64,000 nt of DNA, taken from NCBI GenBank assembly GCA_964016885.1, contig OZ024740.1, positions 70,928,001 to 70,992,000 on the forward strand, in the 5' to 3' direction. The translations under genes and the position numbers were made by a program. Shown one piece after another: positions 52,962 to 64,000 of this stretch. Under the pieces are notes generated by a model. That model did no database searches. It saw only the letters and a program-made list of their open reading frames with translations, and had not been told where the DNA came from. Source of the stretch: Eledone cirrhosa (lineage: Eukaryota). The stretch's first letter is position 1; each line of letters opens with the position of its first letter.

Positions 52962-53183
52962 TCACCCCCTGCTTAGGCTTACAGCCGACAGAGAAATAAG
53001 GGTAGCAGTTGAATGAAAGAAAAAGTACTATATAATAGTAAACACAATAAAATATATCACTGATAAAGAAATGTTCATATTACAGGAAAGTCAGAAATAG
53101 TGTAATGTTCACCTTAGTTCATACATTTAATACAAATACAAGGGCGGAGCAAACTCCAAGAAGATTGCTGTAAATAACATAGT

Positions 53184-56100
53184 TCATATATAAAGAGTCT
53201 TGCAAAGCTTCTTGGGCCAATGTACTCGCCGACCGCTACGTGTGGTGGTGACATATGTAGGTGTAGGTGTGTGCGATGTTATATGTGTATTGTGGCTTGG
53301 CTGATGCCAGGTGTATGTGGGGGGAAAATGGGGCTCTTGTGTGAGAGTGTCTGTATAGGCCCGTTTTACCCTGTCAATGGACACAGTCTCTTTTTTACCC
53401 CCAATGTCTAGGGTGAATAGCTTATCTGTGCGCTCAAGCACGCGATAGGGACCGGTATAAGGTGGCATGAGAGGAGCTCTCACGGCGTCCTTTCGTAAAA
53501 AGACGTGGGTCCATGAAGCAATGTCTTTCGGGACCGAAGATTTGATTGTCTGTTGGCGAGGGTGCATAGGCGGAAGATTGCTGAAATATGATTGCAGTCT
53601 GCTCACATACAGAGCTGGGTCTGTTGCTGGTAGGTCCAATGGAGCTAACATCTGACCAGGCAGAGATATAGGCACTCCGTAAACCAACTCGGCAGGGGAG
53701 TAGCCTAGATCTTCCTTGATGGCTGCACGACAGCCCAGGAGGACAATTGGTACATATTCGCTCCACCGCTGCTGATCCGGATAAGCGCGCAGTGCGGCTT
53801 TCAATTGGCGGTGGAAGCGTTCAATCATTCCGTTAGAAGCTGGATGGTAGCTGGTCGTTCGAATGCGTTGCATTCCCAGGATCCTTGAAAGCTCTCGGAA
53901 AAGGTGTGACTCAAATTGTCCACCGCGGTCAGTGGTGATAGTGGCTGGAACTCCGTAACGCGATATCCAACCCGATACTAGAGCTCGCGCTACAGATTCC
54001 GCCGAAATGTCACTTAAAGGAATGGCCTCAGGCCAACGTGTGAAGCGATCTATGCAGGTCAGGAGGTATGTAAATCCTCGGCTGACCGGCCATGGTCCGA
54101 CAAGATCTATATGGACATGGCTGAACCTAGCGTCTGGAGTGCTGAAAGTTCCAAGGGGTGCGCGGATGTGTTTGTGCACCTTTGACTTTTGGCAGGATAG
54201 GCAGGAACGTGTCCAGGCAGTGATGTCACGCCTCATATTAGGCCAGAAGAATCTAGCCGAAATGAGCTTCACTGTGGTCGATATTCCAGGGTGTGCCAGA
54301 CCGTGCAAGGTGTCGAAAACTGCTCGACGATGAGTCACTGGCACTAGAGGGCGAGGTGCATCTGTCGAGGTGTCGCAGATAATCTGTGTGTCCGAAGTGG
54401 GCACAGGCAGATATGCAAATTTGCCAGTTGCAAATTCAGAAGACGAGAGGTCCAAAGTATCCAGAGGTGGTTGTTCTGTGGCCATTCGTTGGAGGTCGAT
54501 TTCCGCTGGCGATGACAGGGAATTAATTGGGAGGCGAGACAGTGCATCTGCCGCCGCATTCTGTTTACCAGAGATGTGTCGGATATCGCTGGTAAATTGC
54601 GAAACGAAGTCCAAGTGGCGAGTTTCGCGAGGTGAATATTTGTCCGGCTTAGAACGCAGTGCGAACGTAAGCGGACGGTGGTCAGTGTATATAACAAATT
54701 GGCGACCCTCCAGTGAATGCCGAAAGTGTTTCACTGCAAGGTACATAGCCAAGAGTTCACGGCCGAATGTGCTATACCGTGTTTCTGCAGGCTTCAGCTG
54801 TTTAGAAAAGTAGGCAAGAGGTTGTAACTGTTGTTGGTGATGTTGTTGCAGTACTGCACCTACAGCTGTGCCTGATGCATCAACAACCAGTGAAAACTGG
54901 GCACCAGACACAGGATGTGCAAGCAGTGATGTCTCCGCAAGCTTTCGCTTCACTTCGTCGAAGGCTTTTAGCTGATTCGTGTCCAATGAAATGGAATCGT
55001 TCTTCTTTTTCCTGTTACGTAACAGGTCGGACAGAGGAGACAGGAGATCCGCACAGTGTGGGATAAAGCGCCTGTAATAGTTCAGTAGCCCAAGGAAATG
55101 TCGTAGTTGACGAAGTGAAGTGGGTGGTTGGAGGTCTTGTACCGCTTTCACTTTATCAGGTAGTGGCGAAATTCCTTCTGGGCTGATGACATGGCCCAAG
55201 AAGACAAGTGAGGAAGCACCGAAAACACATTTTGCCGGATTAATTCTCACTTGGTATTTTTGAAATCTCTCGAACAGGAGACGGAGGTGATTGACATGTT
55301 CCTCAGGTGAGGCACTTGCCACAAGAATGTCGTCGATGTAGTTGTACACGAAGTCTAAATCGCGCACAACTTCATCCATAAATCGTTGGAACGTGCTGGC
55401 TGCGTTTCGCAAACCGAAAGGCATGGTCAAAAATTCAAACGCTCCAAATGGAGTTGTTACTGCAGTTTTAGGTATGTCTGCCGGGTTCACCGGGATTTGG
55501 TGGTATGCTTTGACCAAATCCAATTTGGAGAATATGTTGCATCCATGCAGCGAAGATGCAAAATCCTGTATGTGTGGTATCGGGTAGCGGTCGGGTACCG
55601 TCATTGCATTTAATCGGCGAAAGTCCCCAGTGGGACGCCAATCACCGGAACGCTTTGGTACCAAATGCAAGGGTGCAGCCCACGGGCTTGAGGATGGGCG
55701 AATGATCCCGAGCTGCAGCATGTGATTGAATTCAGCCTTTGCGGCCTTCAGTTTCTCAGCAGAGAGACGGCGAGGGCGCGAAAACACAGGAGCTCCGGAT
55801 GTTTCAATGTGGTGCTTGGTGGAGTGAGTAGGCTCACTCATCACAAAATTCAAATTTGTCAATTCCGGGAAGGAATGCAAAAGTGATTGGTAAGGATCTT
55901 CTGTAGCAGCGATAAAGAAGACCGGGCTGACCGACGAGACAGTCGATCTGGTACCCGGCACAGACAGTTCTGTGTTGGCATCCAACAACCGGCGTCTGCG
56001 CATATCCACTATCAAGTTATAGTGGTGCAGGAAATCTGAGCCTAGGATGGGGTAAGGCAGATCAGCAACAGTGAAGATCCACGTGAAATCTCTACGCAAT

Positions 56101-56345
56101 TCCAGGTTCAAAGAACGAGAAATCTGACCGTACGTGGGGATCGGTGACTGGTTTACTGCTTGCAGAGAGACGGTTGAGAGTTGGGGCTTCTCTTTGAGAA
56201 GTTTTAGCGGCCAAATGCTACAAGCCGCGCTGGTGTCGATCAGACAACGTGCTTGCGACTCAGTGTCTGTGATGAAAAACACACGGTTATTAGGGAGGGT
56301 CAGAGGAGACTGTGCCGTGCTCAGGTCTCCTGAAATCTGTTTCCC
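53184..56345 (-). CDS. pol: Pol (protease, RT, RNase H, integrase), probably expressed by -1 frameshift
   Basis: Uninterrupted ORF: [54 protein letters not shown]. Confidence 0.95.
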   Translation of the reverse strand, partial: GKQISGDLSTAQSPLTLPNNRVFFITDTESQARCLIDTSAACSIWPLKLLKEKPQLSTVSLQAVNQSPIPTYGQISRSLNLELRRDFTWIFTVADLPYPILGSDFLHHYNLIVDMRRRRLLDANTELSVPGTRSTVSSVSPVFFIAATEDPYQSLLHSFPELTNLNFVMSEPTHSTKHHIETSGAPVFSRPRRLSAEKLKAAKAEFNHMLQLGIIRPSSSPWAAPLHLVPKRSGDWRPTGDFRRLNAMTVPDRYPIPHIQDFASSLHGCNIFSKLDLVKAYHQIPVNPADIPKTAVTTPFGAFEFLTMPFGLRNAASTFQRFMDEVVRDLDFVYNYIDDILVASASPEEHVNHLRLLFERFQKYQVRINPAKCVFGASSLVFLGHVISPEGISPLPDKVKAVQDLQPPTSLRQLRHFLGLLNYYRRFIPHCADLLSPLSDLLRNRKKKNDSISLDTNQLKAFDEVKRKLAETSLLAHPVSGAQFSLVVDASGTAVGAVLQQHHQQQLQPLAYFSKQLKPAETRYSTFGRELLAMYLAVKHFRHSLEGRQFVIYTDHRPLTFALRSKPDKYSPRETRHLDFVSQFTSDIRHISGKQNAAADALSRLPINSLSSPAEIDLQRMATEQPPLDTLDLSSSEFATGKFAYLPVPTSDTQIICDTSTDAPRPLVPVTHRRAVFDTLHGLAHPGISTTVKLISARFFWPNMRRDITAWTRSCLSCQKSKVHKHIRAPLGTFSTPDARFSHVHIDLVGPWPVSRGFTYLLTCIDRFTRWPEAIPLSDISAESVARALVSGWISRYGVPATITTDRGGQFESHLFRELSRILGMQRIRTTSYHPASNGMIERFHRQLKAALRAYPDQQRWSEYVPIVLLGCRAAIKEDLGYSPAELVYGVPISLPGQMLAPLDLPATDPALYVSRLQSYFSNLPPMHPRQQTIKSSVPKDIASWTHVFLRKDAVRAPLMPPYTGPYRVLERTDKLFTLDIGGKKETVSIDRVKRAYTDTLTQEPHFPPTYTWHQPSHNTHITSHTPTPTYVTTTRSGRRVHWPKKLCKTLYI
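56300..56345 (-). promoter_or_regulatory. -1 ribosomal frameshift signal (G GGA AAC plus downstream hairpin)
   Basis: Heptamer in the gag frame at 56345-56339; aggagac...gtctcct stem about 7 nt downstream. Confidence 0.75.
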
Positions 56346-57229
56346 TGGTCTGAAAATGTACAAGGCTGTTTACAGGAGCGTGCTGCTGCGCCAAAACGGC
56401 TGTGGTAGTAACACAAACCTGAACTGCTTGTGTGACGGCGTCGTGGCGAGGGTGAACGGCTCTGGAAACGGCGTCTGGGCGAATGAGCCCTGTGAGTGCT
56501 TAGTTTTCTCACTTCCTTGGTTAGCTGCTCTATTGCTTGCAGCATTGCTGCATTTGCAAGTGACTGGTCGGTATAACTGGCAGCCGCTGGAGTGAAGGAA
56601 GCGACCGCAGTCGGCGGCTGGGATGCATTGAAGGAGACAGGAGCGAACGGATTGACCGCAGCCGGTGGCTGGGGTGCCTGGAAGGAGGCAGGAGAGAACG
56701 GATTGACCGCAGCCGGTGGCTGAGGTGCCTGGAAGGGGGTAAATGAGGCTGGGTGTCCGATGACACTCATAACCCTGTCGGCCGAAGCCGCTAGCTGGTC
56801 GACAGGAGCAGCCTCCATCATGGGCGCTAAGATCGCCTGAACTCCGGGGGGTAGCCTTGAGACAAAAAGCTGTCTAAGGAGGGCACTGTCAGCTGGGGCA
56901 TCTTCCGCCAGCTCTCTCATCCGACGCAGTAGTTGTGTGGGCGTCCGATCACCCAAATGTTCGTCATTGACGAGCGTCTGAAATTTTTTTTCTGCGGACA
57001 ATGTGGTCCGCCGCAACACTTCGAGCTTCACGCTCTCATAGGAGGCCCCAGGGCGAGGATCGGTAATTAAGTCTTTGACGACCGACGTCAATGACGCTGG
57101 AAAAGCGCTTAACAGGAGATTTAACTGTCTGTGGTCACTGGTGATGTTATTCGCTGTGAAATGTGCTTCTATCTGGGCGAACCAGACAGTGACGTCACCG
57201 GTAAACGGTGGCAATGAAGTGCTACCCAT
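56321..57229 (-). CDS. gag: Gag with C-terminal CYYH...C...C (CHCC) motif
   Basis: LPPF...[44 protein letters not shown]. Confidence 0.93.
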   Translation of the reverse strand: MGSTSLPPFTGDVTVWFAQIEAHFTANNITSDHRQLNLLLSAFPASLTSVVKDLITDPRPGASYESVKLEVLRRTTLSAEKKFQTLVNDEHLGDRTPTQLLRRMRELAEDAPADSALLRQLFVSRLPPGVQAILAPMMEAAPVDQLAASADRVMSVIGHPASFTPFQAPQPPAAVNPFSPASFQAPQPPAAVNPFAPVSFNASQPPTAVASFTPAAASYTDQSLANAAMLQAIEQLTKEVRKLSTHRAHSPRRRFQSRSPSPRRRHTSSSGLCYYHSRFGAAARSCKQPCTFSDQGNRFQET

Positions 57230-57901
57230 TGTGTATACTGATGTAAAAGCAAAGGGCAAAGAAAGGACAACTCTGCACTTGTCACCGAGACAAAAGTTAA
57301 AATTCAGGCCAAGAAAAAATATAATCCGAGTGAAGGACAGAAAAAGAAAAATATATCAAAAACAATGTTGGAGGGAAAAACGTCAAGCTTTAAAAAAAAA
57401 TTATGATTTATCTTTGTCCTATTATTTTTTTTTTTTTTTTTTTTTGTGTACTTTTCAAAATGGCGTTGCCTCCGTCATTTTGGCGGGAAAACAGCTGAAG
57501 AAGACGGAAGTCGGCCATCTTGCTCTGTCCGGCTATCAGCACCAACAGTTTTTTTTTTAGTTTTTTTATAGCGTCGCCCAATCAGAAATTTAGAGGGAAA
57601 AATAAGATTTTTGTAGTAACGCATGTGTTCGGTGATGTTAGAAAGTGAAGGTGTGATGTGCAGATTTAGTAACAATAAGACAATATATCAAATACATATT
57701 AGGACTCACGCTAATCGCGTACATACCCCGAGAAAAGGCGAGTGGCTTTGTTTTTTTTTTTTGTTTTGTTTTTTTTTTTTTGGGGGGGGGGGGGGGATGC
57801 AAAATGTTGATGTGTTCGTTGCAACGGAAAGATGTGGTTTCTTCTGTGTTGATGTCCTTAAACGTTCGGGTCACCATTTATAATGTGATTTGTTGTATCG
57901 T

Positions 57902-57919
57902 ATCACGTCGGGGTCACCA
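57902..57919 (-). promoter_or_regulatory. Primer binding site, tRNA-Trp
   Basis: TGGTGACCCCGACGTGAT, 2 nt after the 5' LTR. Confidence 0.93.
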
Positions 57920-57921
57920 TT

Positions 57922-58324
57922 TATAACGGGTTTTAGGGTCAATTCTTAATATACATAATAGAGATCAGAAGGCATTTAGAACATTGACTAAATCCATTAT
58001 CGATGTTGTAACTCTATTTATTAGTTGTACATGTTGAACGGATACATTAGGTACAGGTCGTATCTACATGTGTAGGATGTAGTTTGGTCCGCTTCATTGC
58101 AAGATGGATATGTTGTTAGCAGCGAGGAGTGTAGCCTGGTCTTGTCGATAAGAGAGGTGCGTGTAGACTAATGTCTCTCTTGGTCACCTCCGCTCACACT
58201 GGTGACGTAGTTCTGGACAGTCGAATTAGTGCACCGAAGGTTTCGATTGGCTCACACTTCAGCCAACTTACCTCCGTAACACCATTCCGCCGCAGAAGGA
58301 AAATACATTTTATTCACTGCTACA
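57922..58324 (-). repeat. 5' LTR
   Basis: Matches 52559-52961. Confidence 0.95.
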
Positions 58325-58454
58325 AAAGTACCGGCTGGACCCCTCTCTCATAGGTCCTGACTGGCATAAATTTCCAGATAAACGGTTGAACTACGAAATT
58401 GTTTTATCTGTGGTATTGGTCAAGTTAAGGGTTGTGTCATGATGTTTGTAGCTC

Positions 58455-58650
58455 TCTAGGGCGATAGATTGACAGAATTGTCAGAGCGCCAGATAAATTA
58501 ATTTTCGGCATTTGGTTATGACCCTTTACGTTCTAAGTTCAAATCCTGCCGAGGTCAACTTTTCCTTCCGTCCTTCCGGAGTACAAGTACTGAGATCGAT
58601 TTTCCCCGTGTTCCACCCATCAAATTACTGACCTGGTGCCAATATTAGAA
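58455..58650 (+). mobile_element. Degenerate tRNA-derived SINE
   Basis: aagttcaaatcctgccgaggtcaactttt core. Confidence 0.7.
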
Positions 58651-58903
58651 AGAATTATATTTATAGCTCTTTAAAACTGAACACATTCCTGTTTGTATGT
58701 AAAATGATGACTGGGTCGAATTAGTAGAGGATCAAGTAAAAGATCAACGGTTGATATACTGTCACAGCGACCAAGCGTTGTTTCCGTAATCCGGACATTT
58801 AAATCTCTCTTAAAGAATTGGACTAACTAGTGAACTTTAACAGCAGTGAACTATAAAACTAACAACTGATTCGCTCGTTTGTATAGATTCGGTCGCTATG
58901 ACT

Positions 58904-59153
58904 TACTCTCGGGTCCCAATAACAGGGGTGGGGGAATAAGTGGGTGGGTTGGACATTTGCTCAAATTCTTATAAGCGGGTGGGGGAATCGGTAATTGTAT
59001 TGTGTATGTTCGTAAATATGGGATTTCTTGTAGTGTTCTTTTTTTGTCAAATAAAATTTCGCCGGAGATAGATTAGCAAAATTTAAAATGTGGTGGAGGG
59101 GGTCTAAAAATTAATTACCGGGGAGAGGGGCGATTATTCAAGACCAGAGAGTA
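58904..59153. mobile_element. MITE-like element (partial inverted relative at 47058-47205)
   Basis: Imperfect TIR tactctcgggtc..aataa / ttattcaagaccagagagta; shared internal aataaaatttcgccggagatagattagcaaaattt. Confidence 0.6.
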
Positions 59154-59550
59154 AATATCTTTTCCATGGATACAACATTTTGTTTACAACAGTCCACAAA
59201 TCACTGACCAGTCTGACTATCGTCTCAATAAGTACGAGTTCTATACTGTGATCAAATCGATTGACTACAGCTGACTCCTACAAAAATTGGCCTGGTTCTT
59301 AAAAGAGAAATCGATATTTGATTAATATTGTCTTTTCTATTTTTAAATTTAGGAAACTTAAAACCAGAATGATTTTTTTTCTTAAAATCTGAATGATGAA
59401 TATCAAAGAAGATTGTTTATCAATGATAAAAGTACCACATGTTCTCGCAGGGAGTAAGGAAATTGATAACCGTTGTAACTAAATCTACCTTACTTCCTTT
59501 TAAAATGCTATAATTAAAACATGCTGTTGAGCATGTTTTAAGTATAGTTT

Positions 59551-61622
59551 TGTAGCGGTTGTCTCCCTTGTTTTGATTGGGATCTAGACGGGAAGTAGAA
59601 CCCTTTCTGCAACTTCCGGTCAGAGCCCTATAAAACTAACAACTTTAAGCTTTCTAACTCTCTTTGCCTTTTCGGCACCAGGTCAAGAGCCTCTCATTTG
59701 GCTCTGCCATTAATTTGGCCAACAGGCGCCTGGCCTTAGCCAGGCGTCCTCTGCCAGCCGCGTTTGCCTGGCAATCAAAACGGTAACTACTAACTTTGTT
59801 TCATTCTAACATCTATCTTTGACATGTCAAGTATACTATCTACCATTGTTAATTAAATATTATACACCCAAAACATATATTCCTTGTTACATTCATACAA
59901 CCCAGTATCCTCGCTATATTGGTAACCCTGACGTGATACGAACACGCAGCCGTTCATCGCTATAAGTGGTCCCCCCCCCCCAAAAAAAAAGAAAAAAATA
60001 GCACATCTGGTTTTGTGAGTAACATTACGAATACACAGCAAATTTAGCGACAAACTATGAAAATACTCAAGGACACGCACACACGCACATGTGGAATTCG
60101 CACAGACAGACTTTTTCTCTCACGCATCAATTAACTGTCGCATTTCACCAATATATATATATGTTTCTCGTTTCTTACAACGAACTCTTTCAAAACACAA
60201 AAAAAAAAAAAAGAAATTTGATATTCTTTAAAAAACATTTCAACAGGAACATTTATTTTCGATGAACCATTGCCTTTTTGTTCATCGTTTTCTTCATCGT
60301 TCAAGTTTTTTGTTTTTTTCCAAAGTTCACACCAATAATTATGCTGAGTGAAGCATTTCTTTTTCATCATTGTCACTTTCAAAATTGCACTATCATTTTC
60401 TCGCGCGTTAGAAATATTATTTTTTTCAACCTTGTATTGGCACGTGTAGGCAGCACAAATTCTCGATTCACAGAGATGTCTCTACACACAGACATAGCCG
60501 CACGCCAGAGATAACATTTCTCGCCAAGGATTCTTCAGCCTTAAGCTATATTCTTCTATTTGCCGGTTTATAAATTTACAATGTAAATTTACCGTTGATA
60601 ACCGCGCATTTATTAAGAATGCTTATTTCTCTGGTCGCTGGCCTCTTGACCCTTCCAGGTCAACGCATTCTCAACATCGACCATCAACTTCGGCTGCTAT
60701 TTCTAGCACTTTGCGCAACTCATTTTTTCTAAAAAAAAAAAAATAAAATTTTTTTTTTTTTTTTACTGTGAATTTAAACACCGAATACGCTCACTCAGCG
60801 AGACAACAGCATCAGCAGCAATACCTCAACACAGCTTCACCAACAACCAGCAGAACGCCAGAGAATTTATTTTTGCAGCACTCTCCCTGTGAGAAAATCC
60901 ATTCGGAGGTTGGAAATTTCACGATATACCACAGAACAGAGACCACCTGCATTCATTCTCTGGAACACACTTTCTTTCCTGCTGTCATGTGATTGCACAC
61001 CTGTGAACTATATTTTGTACATTTGAACTTTGAGCTCTTCTATTACTTTTACTTTATTACATTGTATCTTTGGGTGATGGATAGATGGATGTCCAGTCGT
61101 TCTCTGGCCAAGAGCGGTTGACTACCTTGATATCTATCATTGATTTTTCCAAACATTCTTTTGTCGTAATTTTCATGCTTGTTACAACATTCTCGTCAAC
61201 TTGCTACATATTTTCATTTCGATTTTTATACACTAAAATTCTGGCGGGAGGTTATGTAGCGGTTGTCTCCCTTGTTTTGATTGGGATCTAGACGGGAAGT
61301 AGAACCCTTTCTGCAACTTCCGGTCAGAGCCCTATAAAACTAACAACTTTAAGCTTTCTAACTCTCTTTGCCTTTTCGGCACCAGGTCAAGAGCCTCTCA
61401 TTTGGCTCTGCCATTAATTTGGCCAACAGGCGCCTGGCCTTAGCCAGGCGTCCTCTGCCAGCCGCGTTTGCCTGGCAATCAAAACGGTAACTACTAACTT
61501 TGTTTCATTCTAACATCTATCTTTGACATGTCAAGTATACTATCTACCATTGTTAATTAAATATTATACACCCAAAACATGTATTCCTTGTTACATTCAT
61601 ACAACCCAGTATCCTCGCTATA
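59551..61622 (+). mobile_element. Young non-autonomous LTR element (368-bp LTRs at 59551-59918 and 61255-61622, non-coding interior)
   Basis: LTRs differ at one visible site; TGTAGCG...CGCTATA ends; TSD GTTT; Trp-type PBS at 59920; purine tract ggcgggaggtta before the 3' LTR; no retroelement ORF inside. Confidence 0.92.
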
Positions 61623-62819
61623 GTTTTCTTTAAGTAAAATAACATTTTCCAAGCTGATTAAGTAACTCTAACTATAATTTATTGTGATTTTTTTAGTCTT
61701 TATAGCGTTTATATTTAGATTATCTTGTGCACAGAGTACTTAACTCTGGCTCCTGCAAAGTATTTAGCGGAGATGGTTCCTTATTTGCATATATGCATGT
61801 ATACTTTGTATATAATACTTAATTACCACTAATCTTCGTGCTGCAGCTGTCGCATTAAACATCTTCTTACAAAAAATATATTTTACAATATTCAAAGTGA
61901 GTCAAAAGTAATTCAGTTCTTACTTTATGAAACACCACTTTCAAGTAAAGGCGGATAATGAATTTGGTGGTGGTGGTGGTGGTATGTCGTTGTTTAGCCC
62001 CAGGTCAACTTTGATTGATCATATATTTGATCAAAAACATTCCAGCCATAACCTTCCTGTCTTTTTATGAGTATCTGGGGCTACATGGCCTACTCTGTTT
62101 TTTTTTCTTATTTAAAACGCTAAAGTGTAATTTCAAGAAAATATCACTGCTAGTTTGCAATGCATTCAGCAAGAACGTAGAGGCTCCCGTGTCAACTCGT
62201 CTTGGTCCATGTATTCAAATAGTTCCTGCAAGCTAATAAACCCTCATTGATTCTACACTGCTGTCGCTGCTTATAATAGTGAATTAGAAAGATAAAGCTA
62301 GGATTCTGCCTGCATCTAGAAATTCTACTTGATTTACATTCTGACCAGTTTGAGATTGTACACGGGTGAGGGTGAATAATCTCAAGTAAATCACAATAGG
62401 CAGTCAGCGTATTGATATCTGCTCACAAAATATATCATACAGGTCTTCAATAAAACGGAAGAAATATTGTAAAATTATTTTACCATATAAAATTGTAGTC
62501 TCTAAGTAGTCGCTTGACCTAGTTTTATAACTGTTAAATTCCCTATAGTCTCACCCTTCCACGTTAAAAAAAGAAGAAAAGACACTTTGGATAATGTAGT
62601 CCTAGATATACAAAAATACTTAATGATTATGACTGAAATATTTTTTACCATAAACCTGCTTAGTCACAGATGAATTGAGGCTTTACAACAACAATAACTT
62701 CACTATCACTATTTAAATACTTCATTGTCATAGAATCTCTATGTCCTATGTTCTCAACATTTTTTGCTCCATACCTCCAAGACGTCCTGATTTTTCAAAT
62801 GCCTCCCCCACGTTATATT

Positions 62820-64000
62820 ACTGATATTTACATAAGTAGACAAACATATTCTAAAAAAAGACTCAGCACGCCAACGGATGTTACAAATGAATACTAAAAG
62901 ATTTATTTCGTTATTGTTTCTTTGTACTCGTAAAGATTTTGAGGAAAATCATCATTTTTTAACTCAGCCAGTTCATCCTGAAGGCATGGATCAACAATGT
63001 GTGAGAAACGGTTGCGAAAGCCATTCGGAGAAAGACATTTGACAGAGGTCATGAAATCTAGAGTTGAACTCCTTCTCCAAAGCAAGCAAATGAGCGCATA
63101 ACATGCTCGATACCTTTGATGGAACTGATCCGCAGGTAGATAGATGTGGGAAGTTTTCGTAGCGACCCACAGAAAGGTTCAAATAAAAGAGATTTACCTT
63201 ATCGATAAAGGCTAATATTTTGGTTTTCGCCACGATCATAGTCACCTTGTCCCCCTGCAATTCCTTGTTCAATAAATTGAGTTTTTGGAAAATGTCAGCC
63301 AAATAAGTGACCAATAATTTCCCGTCAGCTCTTTGAAGGATGTTTGTGTGGGAACTCTCGGGTAAAAACTTCATAACTTCATCGAATAATTCGAAAAAGC
63401 GGGCAAAACAATTTCCCTTTGACAACCATCTGATGTCAGTATGTAGGATAAGATTGACATGTTTGTCGATGTCCTTGCAGTATTTCTGAAAAAGACGATC
63501 AGTCTTGGGATTAAATTTACGTACGACACAACAGTATGCACTACTTCCTGTAATTTTGGTGAAAGACATCTGGAAGCCAGGTTTTCCCGATGACGGACGT
63601 AGTGTACTGTCAAAATCGATGAGTTATCATCTTTAAGTCGCTTAAGGAATCCATTGTGTCTGCCCATCATTGCAGGTGAGCCGTCTGCTGCACATGATGT
63701 AACGGATGTAATAGGAATCTTGTTTTCTGATAAGTACGACATCACAAGGTCGTATATATCGGAAGCTGTCGTTGTAGTTTCAAAGGCACGACAAAAAAGC
63801 ATTTCCTCTCGAAAAGCATCATCGTCTTGGAATCTGACATATGCCAGAAGTACAGTCCAGCTTCCACAAAAGGTTGAATCATCGAATATATTTGTGAAGC
63901 TGCTGTTCCACATCAATGGACATCTCATCAATTCGTCGCCGTACTATGTCATTGCTGAGCGGCATAAACTGGACCACTGAGTCGTCTATGTGATTCATAA
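62820..64000 (-). pseudogene. hAT (Buster/Charlie-type) transposase relic, runs off the window end
   Basis: LLAYVRF..EEMLFC, ADGSPAMMG, VHY..HRENLA, HTDIRWLSKG, YLADIF.KLN.LN..LQG. Confidence 0.9.

Larger units (their letters stand above)
52559..58324 (-). mobile_element. Very young Ty3/Gypsy LTR retrotransposon, CsRn1-like clade
   Basis: 403-bp LTRs with one visible difference, 4-bp TSD AAAG, tRNA-Trp PBS, PPT, CHCC Gag motif, PR-RT-RH-IN order. Confidence 0.96.

Overview
AT-rich, microsatellite-dense animal genomic DNA made almost entirely of nested transposable elements. The SINE and repeat content suggest an octopus (cephalopod) genome; this is an inference. No host gene is confidently identifiable, only weak exon candidates near 50-59 kb. 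Main contents: RTE-clade LINEs (one with a twin-priming-like 5' inversion, one near full-length BovB-type with three C-terminal C2H2 fingers, plus an internally deleted 600-bp derivative); R4/Dong-like RLE LINE fragments in (TACA)n; two full-length Tx1-type LINEs in (ATT)n plus fragments; a Neptune-type Penelope element (RT + GIY-YIG); a very young CsRn1-type Gypsy element and a young non-coding 2.07-kb LTR element next to it; hAT and IS630/Tc1 transposase relics; and many tRNA-derived SINEs. Three signals stand out. (1) About 14 type I hammerhead ribozyme motifs of about 7 sequence families, including a U3-A8 core covariant and a 560-bp tandem retrozyme-like unit with a giant stem II. (2) Both LTR elements share TG...TA ends, a tRNA-Trp PBS and a second copy of their own LTR-end+TGGT junction 43-46 bp downstream; the non-coding one has about 32 nt of tRNA complementarity running past m1A58. 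(3) Retroelement classes appear to be partitioned among different microsatellites. All calls were made by eye; coordinates of degraded elements are approximate.
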